This document shows positions 31,476 to 44,337 of a stretch of DNA of 64,000 nt, one piece after another. Positions within the stretch are counted from its first letter, which is position 1; every line of letters begins with the position of its first letter. The translations under genes were made by a program, and so were the position numbers. The stretch spans positions 62,001-126,000 of the forward strand of contig JYFJ02000264.1 of the NCBI GenBank assembly GCA_000934665.2, given 5' to 3'. This stretch comes from Catajapyx aquilonaris (lineage: Eukaryota). The notes under the pieces are model-generated. The model did no database searches and was not told the DNA's origin. It worked only from the letters and a program-made list of their open reading frames with translations.

Positions 31476-34400
31476 ATGGCCCAGTGCAAGATGTCCCCCC
31501 ACGAGTTCATCCAGAATGCGTTTCGGCCCACGGTGGCGGTCCTCTGCAGCCCAGATGCGGAGGCTCTTTGCCAGAAGAACAACCTCACCTTCGCCGAGAT
31601 GGTTCAGCCTTTCTGCAGGTTCGACACACATAAATGCATGGACTTCAGGGAGGGAGGGAAAGGTGGGAGGAAGGGAGAGGCTAATTAGATAACCAGTGGA
31701 TTGGTGGTGGGTGAACTCTGCTCAGTTTATGACAGTTTCATGTGGCGAGCAGGGTAAAGCTGGTGTATAAGCATGACTGAATCTTACCCTGACTCTCTCT
31801 CATCTAGGCTGAATAGTGAGGCCCATGTACGTGACCCAAATGGAGCCCCAGCAGTGGTACGAAATTTCCGCATTGTGGTGGAGGACATGTGCCGTCGACC
31901 CCCTCATCCAACCACTGCTCGGAAGCTCCTTAATGAAGCAGTTGCTGTAGCAACTGTTCCTGAGCGTACTGCGCCAACAAGATGTGGCATGTATGACCTC
32001 GAGCTTCCTCAGTGGACCCCTTGGTTTGAGTCATGGCGTGAATGTTTTTTGCAGGTAATGAAGGATTGTACTGGCATGTTAGGGAGGTGGTAATTTTGCT
32101 ATGAGTTGTAATTGTATGACTTCTTACAGGTTCAACCTCCATATGACCATGAGTTCACCAAGCACTATCTTGCCTGCCTTCTGGTGGTATCATCTGGAAA
32201 TGCTGCTCCACTCGAAGAGCTTCAATCGCTTCATCGCCGTCAGCACCAAACACAAACCCAAGCTGGACCTAAAGATCCCCGCTGGTTTGGATCGACCCTT
32301 ATATACAGTGTTTTGCTGCATGATGAAAGTGATGCAGATCCAGGTAAAGCTGAGGCAGCCTTCCAGAGCATGAAGGCAGTCAGTGACCCGCACCTCTGCC
32401 ACCTATTGAGGCTAAATTCAAGAGCAGCAGGTACCAATGCAGATGATCTTCCTGATCCATGGTCACAGTTTTTAATCAGGAAGCCAGATGGGTCAGATGG
32501 AGCAGTCACCCCCAATGAAGAAGAAACCAATGGGGAAGAAGGTGATCATCCTTTGAGCGACGGGATGGTATCACCACTCGAGCAAGAGCAAAAGTGGCCT
32601 GTAGTGCAACATGGAGGATGTCTTACCACACAGGATCTGGACAGGATACGGGCTCTCATCACAGATTTTTGTACTCATGCTCTATTCCCACATGCTGAGA
32701 GGCAGATCAGGATATTGCAAGTGAGTTGTTATTGTCACTGATTTTTTTTTTCTTCCTGTAAGCTAACTTGGGCATAAAGTCATGAAACTATTAAAAAACC
32801 TAGGTGATGATGAAATATTAATAAAACTCTGGGTAGTGAGGGCATGGTGGTTTAGTGGCTAAGGCACTGTCCAGTCAAGCCTGTGGTTCAGGATTCAAAT
32901 GCTGTCCCCTTCACCTGCTTAGCGTGGTCATTTGCAGTTTTACTGTACCCTTATTATATTTTTATGTGAGTATAAAATGTTGATTCAGATAGGCCTTAGT
33001 GGAATTTTTTTTCTTCAGGTGATACTAATCCATTGGTTTACTCTCTAACCACCATTTTAACATAGGTATTGAGCTTCTGGAATTTTTTCACCTATGGTGA
33101 TTTATTAATATTTTGCAACATGCAAGAGATGCTGTTACTGATAGATAGCTCTGTTTTTAACATGGTGACACTCCTTTATGCCCATTTAATACCAATTCTT
33201 CCCACCACCAGGAGTCAGTGGCAAACCGCAAGGGTGTGAGCCGCAGCATCTTTAGTGCCACAAAGCGGTGGTTTGGTGCCAAGCCGGGTTCTGCCCCTGG
33301 CAACCTCTCCTCAGTCATCTATACTCCAGAAGCTCCAGAACTGCAGGTGCGCCGACTAGGTGATCTCTGCTTCATGTTCGGCCACTACTTGGCTGCCTAC
33401 CAGGCTTACCACTGGGCCAAGCGGGACTTCAATGCAGATCAAGCATGGATGCACTACGCTGGTGCTCTTGAAATGGCAGCCCTCTCCGTGTTCATGGGTG
33501 GGGAACAGCAGAGGCCATTTCCCCAGCAATATCTCGATGATGCAGTTTCAACCTACCTCGGGGTGTGCAGAGCCCCTCAACTGGCCTGCAGGGCAGCACT
33601 TTTAGGGGTTGAGTGCCTGAGGAGTAGGGGGCAAATGAATGAGGCAGCCTTGCTGCTGGTGAGAATGACGGCTGAAGAGGCAGACCTTAGGAGTGCATTA
33701 CTATTGGAACAGGCGGCACATTGCTTTCTGGCAGCAGGGATGGCCAGGAAGTATGCCTTCCATGCAGTACTGGCTGGACACAGGTTTTCCAAGGCCGGGC
33801 AGAGGGGACATGCTCTCAGGGCTTACAAGCAAGCTTTCCAGGTTGGTTGATGGTGGAAACTGGAGCACACCTGTTATTAAATCATGCTTTTCATATGATG
33901 AGCTTTTGCATGAACTAGTGTCCACTAGATGGGAAAAGGATATTGGTAATTTATACATATGGAGTTCCAATTGGAATGTCGATAGGGGATAGTGGATAGT
34001 GGATAGTGAATAAGGGTGCTTATTTTTAAGCAGTTACTTTTCATGATTAGTAAAGGTATTTGCTGCTGATATTAGTTGACTGCAAGGAGGTCTGGGGTGG
34101 GAGAAAAATGTAACGCTCATTGATTGTCTGTACATCAGAGTAAAAATTAGCCTACAGTAGGCACCTATCTAAGGAAGGCTGTTCAGTCCTTTGTATCTGA
34201 ATTGCCTGCACTCTACAGAGAGAGCGTCCTACAGTAAGCCAGTAAGAGCAGGTGGCTCATCCAAGGTCATCAGTGCTAATTGGAGACCTTGCTCAGCTAA
34301 TTATATGCATGTGTACTGTAACAGGAAAAGTTTACAGGGCTAGTTGAATAAGTTAAATAAAATATGTGAAAAATTAGCAATTAGAAAAAATAATGATAAA

Positions 34401-37400
34401 CTGAAAACTCACATATTAGGCAGCCTAATTCCATCAGTGTTTGCACAAGAACTCCATTTTTAAATAAACAAATGCTCATATTTCAAGCTACCCAATTCTA
34501 ACTCAGTGCATGCATAGTTACCTTTGTGTTGGGTGATTTATTGGATATCATTATTGGAAGCAGCAATGAATTGGGCAGTGTGCAATTATACAAGAAGTGG
34601 GAAAAGCATCTCAGATTCCTCATCCTCCCACATAGAGCTCATTTTTCCAGCTATTATGTGTGCACAGCCAAATCTGTTGTTGCTTCCAACTAGAGTACCC
34701 AATAAACCACCCAACACAAATGCATCTTACAACAATAACTTTGTTACATGTGTTCCTGGACTGGTAACTAGCCAAACTCCATGTTCATGAGCACAGTAGT
34801 TGTAAATATTACATTACATTGTAAATGAAGTACAAATGGTACTTTTATCAACACTGTGTACTCCCATAGTGTGATAGCAGATCCTGAAGTTAGAAGTTAC
34901 CTGCATGATGCATGAGTATGTTAAGTGCAGCTCACCACAAATTTGAGCCTATTTTGAACACTATGCCATATTTGCAGGTGTATTATGGACGTGACTGGAG
35001 TCTTGCATCGGACCACATTCACTTTACTACAGGGCGTCTCTCCTACAACCTCAAGATGGCTGAATCTGCATCGGAGTCATTTAAAGCCTTGATGTATCCC
35101 ACCAGCAAGCAGTTGCCAGGGCAGCAAGCTTCTTTTCTTAAAGAATACCTCAGTGTACTTCAGGTACAGTTTCTTTCATTGTGATTTTCTCATGACTGGA
35201 ATGACAGTTAATCTATAATACCAGTAATGGTACATTTTTGTGAGCTAATTCAGTTTCATTAACAAGGTCCATAGAATATTTTGGAACCGTCACTCAAGAC
35301 TTGTGCTTTATAAATTTGATGTTAATATTTACCAACTTTTGTTGAAGTTCTGATATTATGATGTTGGATACGGCTAATACCACAGGTATTTTCAAATTCC
35401 ATAGTGCTAAAGTGTATGCCTCGTAACTGTGTAATTGTGTGAAGTTATTAGTTTCATTTGGGGTGAATATTAAGGCTCAGTGCAAGTCTCTAGAGCAGGG
35501 GTGGGCAAAGTGCAGCCCGTGCACGTCTTTAGACCAGCCCCATCTGCCAAAGTGTGAAGCCTACAAGGTTAATGTGATTAACATTTAATTTGTTAAGTAC
35601 AATACGTTATACGAGTAAGCTCATAGTACTTGAAAAGCTTGTGAGTGACTTAAAACAGCTCCACTCTTCATAATATTAAACGTGGTAAGGGAACTCACCT
35701 TTATGTACGCATTTTTCGTCAACTTTTTGTTAGGTTTGTTGTGTAGTCACTTGCCACATGGCTTTTAGTTGCTACCTCATGGTTTAGAATTTTTAGACTG
35801 ATCAGTAGGGCTTAACGTCGGCCTATTTCTGCTGCTAAGGCTCAACACCGACGCCAGGGGGTGGTCCTCTTCTTGGAAATTTGGCCACTCCGGGGATCTT
35901 AGACTTGCATTGATAGCCCATCGTAAGGCCTTGCCAGCACTTCGAGTTATAGAAATTCGAGTTAGGGAAGTTTATTTCCTATTATTTTACATTGTGACCA
36001 ACCAAGCTCATCATTTTCTTTATCTTATTATATCTTATTATAGAGAACTTCGGCTTATAGAAGTTTTACTGTAGGTTATATTATAAACCCATTAATTAAT
36101 GACTCAGAAATGCATTTACATAGGATTATTCTATTCATCACTATTTCTTGTGGAACCCCTGGTGATTGCTCAGGGAACCCTGGTTGAGAAATGGCTTTTT
36201 TTTGTGTAACTGACTTCCAACTTTTCACCAGAGAGAGGAATTTTTTCATACATTCTCCAGTCATGCACATTTTTCACCTTGCTCTTGTTCAGTGAATTTG
36301 TGAAACAGCCTTTCAATCAATGCAAGTTCTGCTATACACATAATTTCCTTACTGAGTGACCCAAAAGTGCAATCCATTGCCACATGAGACAGGTTTTGCT
36401 GAATGGATTTTCCACAAAAGTCAAGTTTCTGCTATGTCCAGGGTCTGCTAGATGTGTTATGTGTTTCACTGTATCACATTGACAGTGAGACAATGTGTAA
36501 TTTATTGTATTTTTAAAATTAGGAACTATCGCAGGAGCAACCCGAGCAAGTGCCAGACCTGCCGATCCCTAAAATCGACTCTCAGCGAATACAAGTTTTA
36601 GTATCATCAGCACCTCCAAATGACTTGCCTCCTGGAGAGACTGCATCTTCTGCAGTAACCTTCAACAGCCCTCCACTGGATGATCAATGGCACCAGCTGG
36701 AGCTGAATCTTATGACTGCTGCTCAAGGGAGCCCTCCACTAATCTTCAAGCCTGCAGCCCATCTATTCACAGACGGAACTTCAAATTCATCCAACCCAAT
36801 TGTAGTGTGCAATGAACCAATTCGATTCCAACTCCCTTTTTGGAACTTTCTGCAGATTCCACTGACTCTGAGTGATGTGGGATTAGTGTGGACTTGTGAG
36901 TCTGGGGGTGTGGATGAGGTGGAAACAGGCACTTTGCAGGAGGTGGAACTAGATGCCGGGGCTATGGCTGAAATAGTGTTGCAGATGAGGCCAAAGATTC
37001 CTGGGAAGGTTAAGGTGCATGGTGTAAGATATACTGTGGCCAGCAAGCATGAAGATGCCAAGGGGTATGCAGTCCGAGGTGAGTTGAGCATTAAGAAGTT
37101 AAGAAGAGCATTAAGAAGTGTACGTAGAATGAGTGTTTTATGTTTGTCTTGGTTTCCAGGCATTCAGACTCTTGACGTGCGTGGCCCTCGCCTGAACTCA
37201 ACTCCAGCAGAGAGATGTGGCAGTCTCTATGGGCCTGACCTTCGCCTTGAACTGACTGTCATCCCTCCAATGCCCCGCTTGCAGGTTTCCTTCTCTGGAT
37301 TTCCAACAAGGATGCAGTGTGGGCAGGTGCAGGTGATTGGCATGCGGGTGGCTAACAGAGGAGGAGATACCTGTGGGCTGCGCAACCTGTGGGTGGGAGC

Positions 37401-38674
37401 AGATCCATCCCTGGTGTGCATTTCTGGAAGTCAGTCCAGCAAGGGATGCTTTAAGGTTCTGGACAGCTTGGCACCTGCTGAAGAACGGCGTGTGGAGGTG
37501 TGGGTCAGGGCACCAGATGTGGAAGAGGAGACCACTCTGAGGATGGTGATGTACTATGAATCAGAAGGTGGCAGGGCAAGGGTTGACAGGCACAGCTCAG
37601 TGATTGAAGCCAAAGGTGGGTTGAGGGTGAGAGCAGCAGCAACCAGATGTTTGCCCAGTGATAATGGAGAGGAGGAGGGAGAGGAGGGATTGAATGTGGC
37701 ACTTCAAGTGAGGAACTGTAGAGGAGAGGAAGATGTGAATATCACCAGGGTATCATCTCTTGGAAAAGGATGGGTGCTATCTGAGCAAACCTCGCAGTTG
37801 ACTGGTGAGTCATGTTATATGCCCTTCTACTTTGCCCTGAAACATTCGTTGACCTAACCTGTAGGGCAATGATGGTACACTTAACTTCACAAATGCAAAA
37901 TTGTACTAGGCAGTTGCTTGTATGAACATGGAAATGCACCTTTGCTTTATAACAGACCTGACATTTCTCTTATTTCCAGCTGTACTCTTAAAAGCACAAG
38001 AGGAGTGTCTCATGAGCTTGAAAGCCCACTGGCAGGGCAGCCTGACAGGTGAAACAGTGGGCGACATCTCACTCTCTGAAGACTCTCTTAATTCACTCTC
38101 TACCACTCCTCGACTTGAATTCTGTCGTCAGTGGCTTGGTGACCTACCAACTCCACCCATGACCTTGATTGTTGCATGGTCATCTGGAAACTCAGAAGGT
38201 CAGCATCACTCCACAGTCATTCTCAATGAAACCACAGGCCACAATGTGGTGTCCTATGGGGTTACACACCAACGGAGAATTTCTCACTCATTCCGGAAGA
38301 GGAAGGTGTGTGTGGTTCCAGTTACATTACACCTTCAGAACTGCAGTGATTCAGAGGTTGTCATCACTGTTGATGCTGTGTCGCCTAGGAGTCTGGCCTA
38401 CAAGAATCGACTATATTCTCCCAAGAGTTCTCAATGTGTCAGGTGGGTTGGGAGATGTGTGGCTAAAGAAAAAGTTGAAGCTCACAAGCAAGGGTCAGTG
38501 GCACTGAGGGCAGCTGTATCGAGGCCAGGTACATACGACCTTGCTGGGCTGCAGGTCTCTTGTAGTGTTGGAGGTGAAGTCAAAGTGCAGGCCTGGCAGC
38601 TGGAGAGTACCCTGGTGGTGACCGATGTGGATGGAGTCAGTTCGGGTTGCGGGCAGTCCGATCTCATGGTCTAA
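31476..38674 (+). CDS. TRAPPC8: trafficking protein particle complex subunit 8 (TRAPPIII, Trs85 homologue), 8 exons, 1230 aa
   Basis: Exons 31476-31618, 31808-32054, 32130-32720, 33212-33841, 34978-35163, 36523-37078, 37160-37804, 37980-38674 sum to 3693 nt; recognisable motifs MAQC, TPWFESWRECFLQ, DHEFTKHYLAC, APELQVRRLGDLCF, DQAWMHYAGALEMAA, SALLLEQAAHCF, RKYAFHAVLAGHRFSKAGQ; AATAAA near 38786. Confidence 0.96.
32838..32910 (+). mobile_element. degenerate tRNA-like SINE head in TRAPPC8 intron 3
   Basis: A-box-like TGGTTTAGTGG and B-box-like GGATTCAAATGC at tRNA spacing; cloverleaf imperfect; different from the 2740/20039 family. Confidence 0.5.
35496..35545. mobile_element. hAT (Charlie-like) terminal fragment
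   Basis: CAGGGGTGGGCAAAGTGCAGCCCG resembles hAT-Charlie termini; a second hAT-like end GGAACCCCTGGTTGAGAA lies near 36173-36190 in the same intron. Confidence 0.4.
35906..36071. mobile_element. right-end fragment of the Tc1/pogo-type MITE also found at 42972-43565
   Basis: Near-identical to 43391-43564 (GCCAGCACTTCGAGTT...AAATTCGAGTTAGGGAAGTTTATTTCCTATTATTTTACATTG); ends CTTATAGAAGTTTTACTG followed by TA. Confidence 0.8.
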
Positions 38675-40578
38675 AGTTATGGTGCAATGTCCTTTTCCTA
38701 TGCTTAGCCATGAATTTTAGAAGTCCTTGTTTTGTTTTTGTAAATACGGAGTTAATGCACTGAGCTGGAGTTATGGTGGTTTTCGTAATAAATATATGTG
38801 CAAAGTTACACATCTTATTTTATTTGGATGTTAATACAGTATTTGATTTAACAATGTAATTAAGTTGTGTATAAGTGCTGATAATTGCATGATGGGCATT
38901 TCCATGATGCATCTGTCCGTTCGTAACGCAAGTTTTGCCTACGTGCACAAGTGTATTTTATTATAACAATGCCAGGATGCATGCACTGCATGCTTAATCC
39001 ATTTCATGCAATGTGTGTGTATTGTTACAATAAAATGCGCTAGTACATGTCGGCCAAACCTGCGTTACGAATGGACAGTATGTCTGTGTTTGCGTGGAAA
39101 TGCCCTGATGCAGTGGGCCCTCCATGTATGTGGAATCATTGTAAGTAATCTAGAGATTTACTTAATGTATACAGGAGTATGTGCATATAGATTATATGCA
39201 AATCCTGTGTCATTGTACACTGCATAAAGCACTTGAACATCTGCAGCTTTTGCTATCTGCTGGAACCAATCCCCCCATTGACACGGGACCCACTGTATAT
39301 TGCAACACCACTTATTCGAAATGAGTTATACTTTCAATGTGCTGAGTGAAGGCCTTCATCTGCCAGAGCTTCGAGTGTCCTCAGTCTATACTCATCCTGA
39401 TGAGGGGTTGTGGTTGGATCCCTGTGCCAACCTCCCTGTCCCTGTACCTTCTAGCTGGCCCCCCTCTTCCCAAAAGCAATTCCCAATAACCACACTTCAG
39501 AGTACTCATGTTTGTATCCTCATCCACTGGAGTAGGAGGGAGGTCAGTTTCCTAACGAGAACAGCATGAAACGGCTGGATGGAGAGCATTGGGTTGTGAT
39601 TATGCACCCTATCTTTCAATAATTCGTTACCATATGCCATATGGTGAACTCACTGCTGATCATGATGCCCTGACGTGAATATAATTGTACTTACACAATG
39701 TGTAACTACTTATGGTCTTATGTCATGGATCTGAAAATAATTTTATTGCTTCAATTGTATGAACCGTTACAATGCAGTATGAAATATGGATTTTGGTCAA
39801 CTTGAGGTTACACCCCCATTTGAATTATACTTGTAAGTTATTAGTGCAGCAAGCTCAAGTGGCATTTATCAGCCATTGTAAGTTGGTTCTACTGGATTTT
39901 ATCATTACAAATATACAATCCTTCACTGGGAAGGCTGTAGGCAGGTAGACAATTTTCAAAAGACGATCCCCGGCATTCTCTCTCTTTCCCATCTTCGACG
40001 CGTGTTCGAAGCGCGGGAAAAAGGTCCTGACCAATGATAGCGGAGGAGACGAAGGAGGCAACGTTCCAGTCTCAGATCGGGGGAGCTCCACTATAGCTCC
40101 ATATCCCTGCCTTCTCCAGAAACATCCAGGTAAGATTTGAGCTAATAGCCGATAACCTCCGAAATTTTGTGTGCTTGAGACGCGACTGCGTGAGGGACAT
40201 CCTCAACCCCTCATACGTGTCACACACGAGCATAATTTAGCATCATTTCATCCACATTTTACTGAAACGAAACACCTGTTACGGCCGTGTAATTTAAGCA
40301 CAATCCGTCATGATTTATATGGAAATTACCGGTTGGGAATGCACCTCTCAGACTGTAAACTAGCACTGCAGTGTTTGTATTTAGGTCAAATCGATATCGT
40401 CACGTTGAGGTGGAGTGGGAATTATGATCAATGACGATGACGGCCTGTCCACATTGCAAACTTTGCGCCTGCTCCTGGCCGTATCAAGTGCTGATGTTAT
40501 ACTTGATCAAATATTACTTTTTTCTACTTCATTTGACGTATTGGTTGTGGGTGTTCCCGCAGGCTGGGAGCGTGGTCC

Positions 40579-41737
40579 ATGATGGCTGTTGAAGCTCCTC
40601 AGGTGCAGTCTCCTGTCGAAGCGGTCAGGAGGTACTTGGATACTGTCCCTCAGGACTTTTCCGTCCGGGAAGAGCTATGCAGTTATCGGTTTTGGAAGGC
40701 GGCCAGGGCAGAGGTCATGGCGGCTATGTTTTTGGTCATTTTCGGATGTTCGACAGTACGTTTTAAAGCTGCCAGGAATCGTATTTTGATGTGTACGATA
40801 CTGACAGTTTTGAGCGTGTCGCCTACATTTGACCCCGCAATATTGTATCTAGATCACATCACCTTCCGATGACACATGCCATCGGTGCCTCAACAACTGC
40901 ACAGCCAGGAGTCATCCCGTTGGTCGGTCATCATCCGGAAGTGACTTGAGGGCAGCCTTGGCCTTGGGTTTCACGGTGACCACCCTGGTCCAGTGTGTGG
41001 GCAACGTCAGCGGGTGCCACTTGAACCCTGCGGTGACGGTGGCCATGTTGGTCACCAGGAACATCTCCCTCCTCCGGTCGGCAGTCTACGTTATGTGTCA
41101 ATTCCTGGGGGCTCTGCTAGGGGCACTGGTCCTGGGGTCACTGGGGTCGGAGGCAATGGGGGTCACCTGCGTTGGGGTTGGAGTGTCAGGGAGCCAGGCC
41201 TTCGGGGTGGAGTTTCTGGCCACTTTCCTGGTAGTCTTTGCCACCATGGCCACTCTTGAGCCGCAGAGGTTGGATGCTGGGTTTAAGGCAATGTCCATTG
41301 GTTTGTCCTACACAGTGGGACATCTTTTCGGGGTAAGTTCGGGTAGGAACTCTTTCATTAGTCTATTAACACTTTTGTTTTTGTACAGTATGAATATACT
41401 GGCGCCAGCATGAATCCAGCGAGGTCACTGGGTCCTGCAGTCGTGTTTAACACATGGGACTACCATTGGGTAAGTTTAGAAGACAATGCGAAGATTGTCT
41501 CATGATTGGTGCTTATTGGCTTCTTCACAGGTGTATTGGGTAGGGCCCATCCTGGGAGCTATTTTGGCTGGATTTACGTACGAGTACACCCACGATTCAT
41601 CACCGCAAGGTCACTTTCTCCGGAGGTCATTTCGAAGGAAGGGCAATTCACGTGACCTGAGACGGGAAGTGAGCATGTTTAGCAGCAACACAATGGAGCT
41701 CAACACTCCTTGTGGAAGCCACGATGGAAGGATGTAA
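40579..41737 (+). CDS. aquaporin (MIP family, AQP4-like/Drip-Prip-Bib grade), 4 coding exons, 314 aa
   Basis: Exons 40579-40755, 40853-41332, 41389-41469, 41531-41737 (945 nt); FWKAARAE, SGCHLNPAVT, GVEFLATF, YTGASMNPARSLGPA, HWVYWVGP; probable non-coding first exon ending at the CAG|GTAAGA donor at 40129. Confidence 0.95.
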
Positions 41738-41904
41738 TGCAAAATTTGCGGGTTTTTTCCTGTAATGCAATGTAATCAGGACCAGGATAATCCGATCCAT
41801 TTATGGGGGCCCAAGATTAAATAACCAGGCAGGTAAGGTCTACAGTTACAAACCTTCTTTTATTTACATACTGCCTATTTGTGATTTCACTATCACCTGG
41901 TGTA

Positions 41905-42164
41905 CAGGGTGCTCCAATTAAATAATATAACATTTAGGTAGTGATTTTGTTGCTCTAAGCTGCTAAGTTTTGTTCTCCAGACTCCCTCACGCAACATACT
42001 AAATATTACCCACTAATACTTTTGATAACCTCTTAATTACTACTCCAAAGTAACTGCTTCAGGTAAACAGATTATCAAAAAATCTCTATGTAAAAGAGAA
42101 ATTTCAATTAGAATAACCTGTATGCAAGTTTCTCCAATAAATTTTTTAACTGGAGCAAGCCCAG
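41905..42164. mobile_element. degenerate mariner-type MITE
   Basis: TA-CAGGGTGCTCCAATTAAA at left end; TTTAACTGGAGCAAGCCC at right end is an imperfect inverted match. Confidence 0.4.
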
Positions 42165-42971
42165 CAGTCTAGCAAGACAAACTGCACACTGAGTAGTGAA
42201 ACAATAACTGGTCCATGATGTATAGTGTACGTACGAGTATGTCTATGTTTTGTAGCGGAACACTGTTGGGATTTAATATAACAAGGTTGTAAGAGACCAG
42301 TTAGACATTATGCTGCCAGAATGTGCTACTCAATGCTAACCTATCATCTTGTAATCATCTTGTTTTATCAGTAGCATTAAGTAATTCGAGACGTTGTCAG
42401 TGACATCTAGACGGATACCAAGGTTGTGATTTTGAGAGAAATTATTTTCATTTTAAGACTACTTTAAACGACCGTATTTATATCAATAACGCTGCACTTC
42501 ATTAATAGTGGGCCCTACCAAATGGCATAAAATGGCGAGAAAATTGTAGTTGTAATCACATGAGGTGCATATTACCCACAGAACAAAAGCAATTTCCCTA
42601 CTATTTAACGTGTATCGGTATCGGTATGGACTGTATCGGTTAGTAAAGATCAATTGTTTACTTATGGAAATTTCAGTGTTTGATACAGTGCTTACAAACT
42701 GGTCCTGTTACAGTATATCTTGTTCATTGGTTGCTGTTTTGTGGATAGGAGAGATTCTTGAACATAGGCATGACTGTATACTCTGTTACATCGACATAAA
42801 ACTCAGAGCCAATGTCACACTAGGCTGGCATAACAAAACTGTTGTTTGAAGAAGAGTGATATGAGCATTTTAAATTACTCATGAATGTTATGTTCGTTAC
42901 AGTATAGCTTCCAGTTGATGTTTTGAAAGATTACTGCATTAGTGAGAGGCGTATGTTATTAATTTATTATA

Positions 42972-43565
42972 CAGTAAAACTTTTATAAGTCGAATCTCCT
43001 TGGGACCGGAAAAAACTTCGAGTAATAGAAGATTCGAGTTAGAGAAGTTTGGATTTTTTTAAAGCACAGAACTCTATTAGGAAGCCTACCTTTATATCCA
43101 GCGACGAAAGGTGTTCAAAACTTAAAAATAAATGTCACTATCACACTTACAATGTTCCTCGTTGTTTTGGTGTAAAAAAAACTATGTTATGGACATTTGC
43201 CTACTCTTAGATTCAAGGATTCAATTGTCTTAACAGAGTCAAACACTTCTTTCGGCACGTCTGATAGGCGTAGATAAGGAAATTGAACCTTTCTGTACAC
43301 GTGGCCTAACTCTCCAGCGACCCTTCGGCTGGGAAATGAGAAAATTTTCTGTACTCGCTAACATGAACTTCGACTTACGGAGACTGAAAATGCATTGACA
43401 TCCCATCGGAAGGCCCTGCCAGCACTTCGAGTTTAATATGTAAATTCGAGTTAGGGAAGTTTATTTCCTATTATTTTACATTGCGACCAACCAAGCTCAT
43501 AATTTTCTTCGACTTAAAATAGAGACCTTCGAATTAGGTAAGTTCAACTTACAGAAGTTTTACTA
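42972..43565. mobile_element. Tc1/pogo (Tigger-like) MITE, ~590 bp
   Basis: TA-CAGTAAAACTTTTATAAGTCGAA left TIR and TTCAACTTACAGAAGTTTTACT right TIR; internal TTCGAGTTA/TTCGACTTA subterminal repeats; partial second copy at 35906-36071. Confidence 0.8.
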
Positions 43566-44337
43566 GCATGAATTATATCAGATGTTATTAATCAAATTCA
43601 TATTATTAATAAGCTATGTTTGTATAAGCTAACCGAATCTCGGCCTATACTCGTCTAAGTTGTTGAATCTGAAATCAGATTTGCTGTTGTTCCCAATGCT
43701 TATGCAGTACAGTATAATTATGAAGTTGTTAGCGTACAATTTTTTAAGGGAAGATGCAGAATAGGGTTATCAAAGCATATTGTTTATGAGTATATATTTT
43801 AAAGTAAGCTGGGGTAGGAGAGGCAAGTGATAAATGGAGAGTAAAAAGAATAACGCTTTATCTTTTACTCTTTTAACTAGTATAAGATTTTGGGCACAAT
43901 GTCTTGACTGAACCATGTTGTTGTGAGTGACCTTATTAGGACACTTCTTGGTTTATGATGTAATTCATTCATGAATACATGTCTAGAATAAATTGTACTC
44001 CTGTTCATACTGCTAATACATAATTATAGAGAAAACATATTTCAATACGTTTACTCTAATTTATTTCATATCTACTGCACAAATATGTTACTTCATTTAC
44101 AGATGGGGTTTCAAATTCTGAATAAACTCAGCATTCATACAGTACTGTATTAAATCTCTATGAACGTATGCTTCTGCTCTCTTGGTATCACCTAATATCT
44201 CGTATAAACACGCAAATACTATTTTTGGAATAAATAACAAACGCTTTGGTAGATTTAACAGGGCATCCAGGAAGTACTACATCGGACCAAAAGACAATTC
44301 AAGATCATCTCAATCTTTTTGTCTGACATGATATTTC

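Noticed and set aside
31119..31692. Several overlapping ORFs around the TRAPPC8 start
   Set aside because: GC-rich 5' region and shadow frames of the real exon
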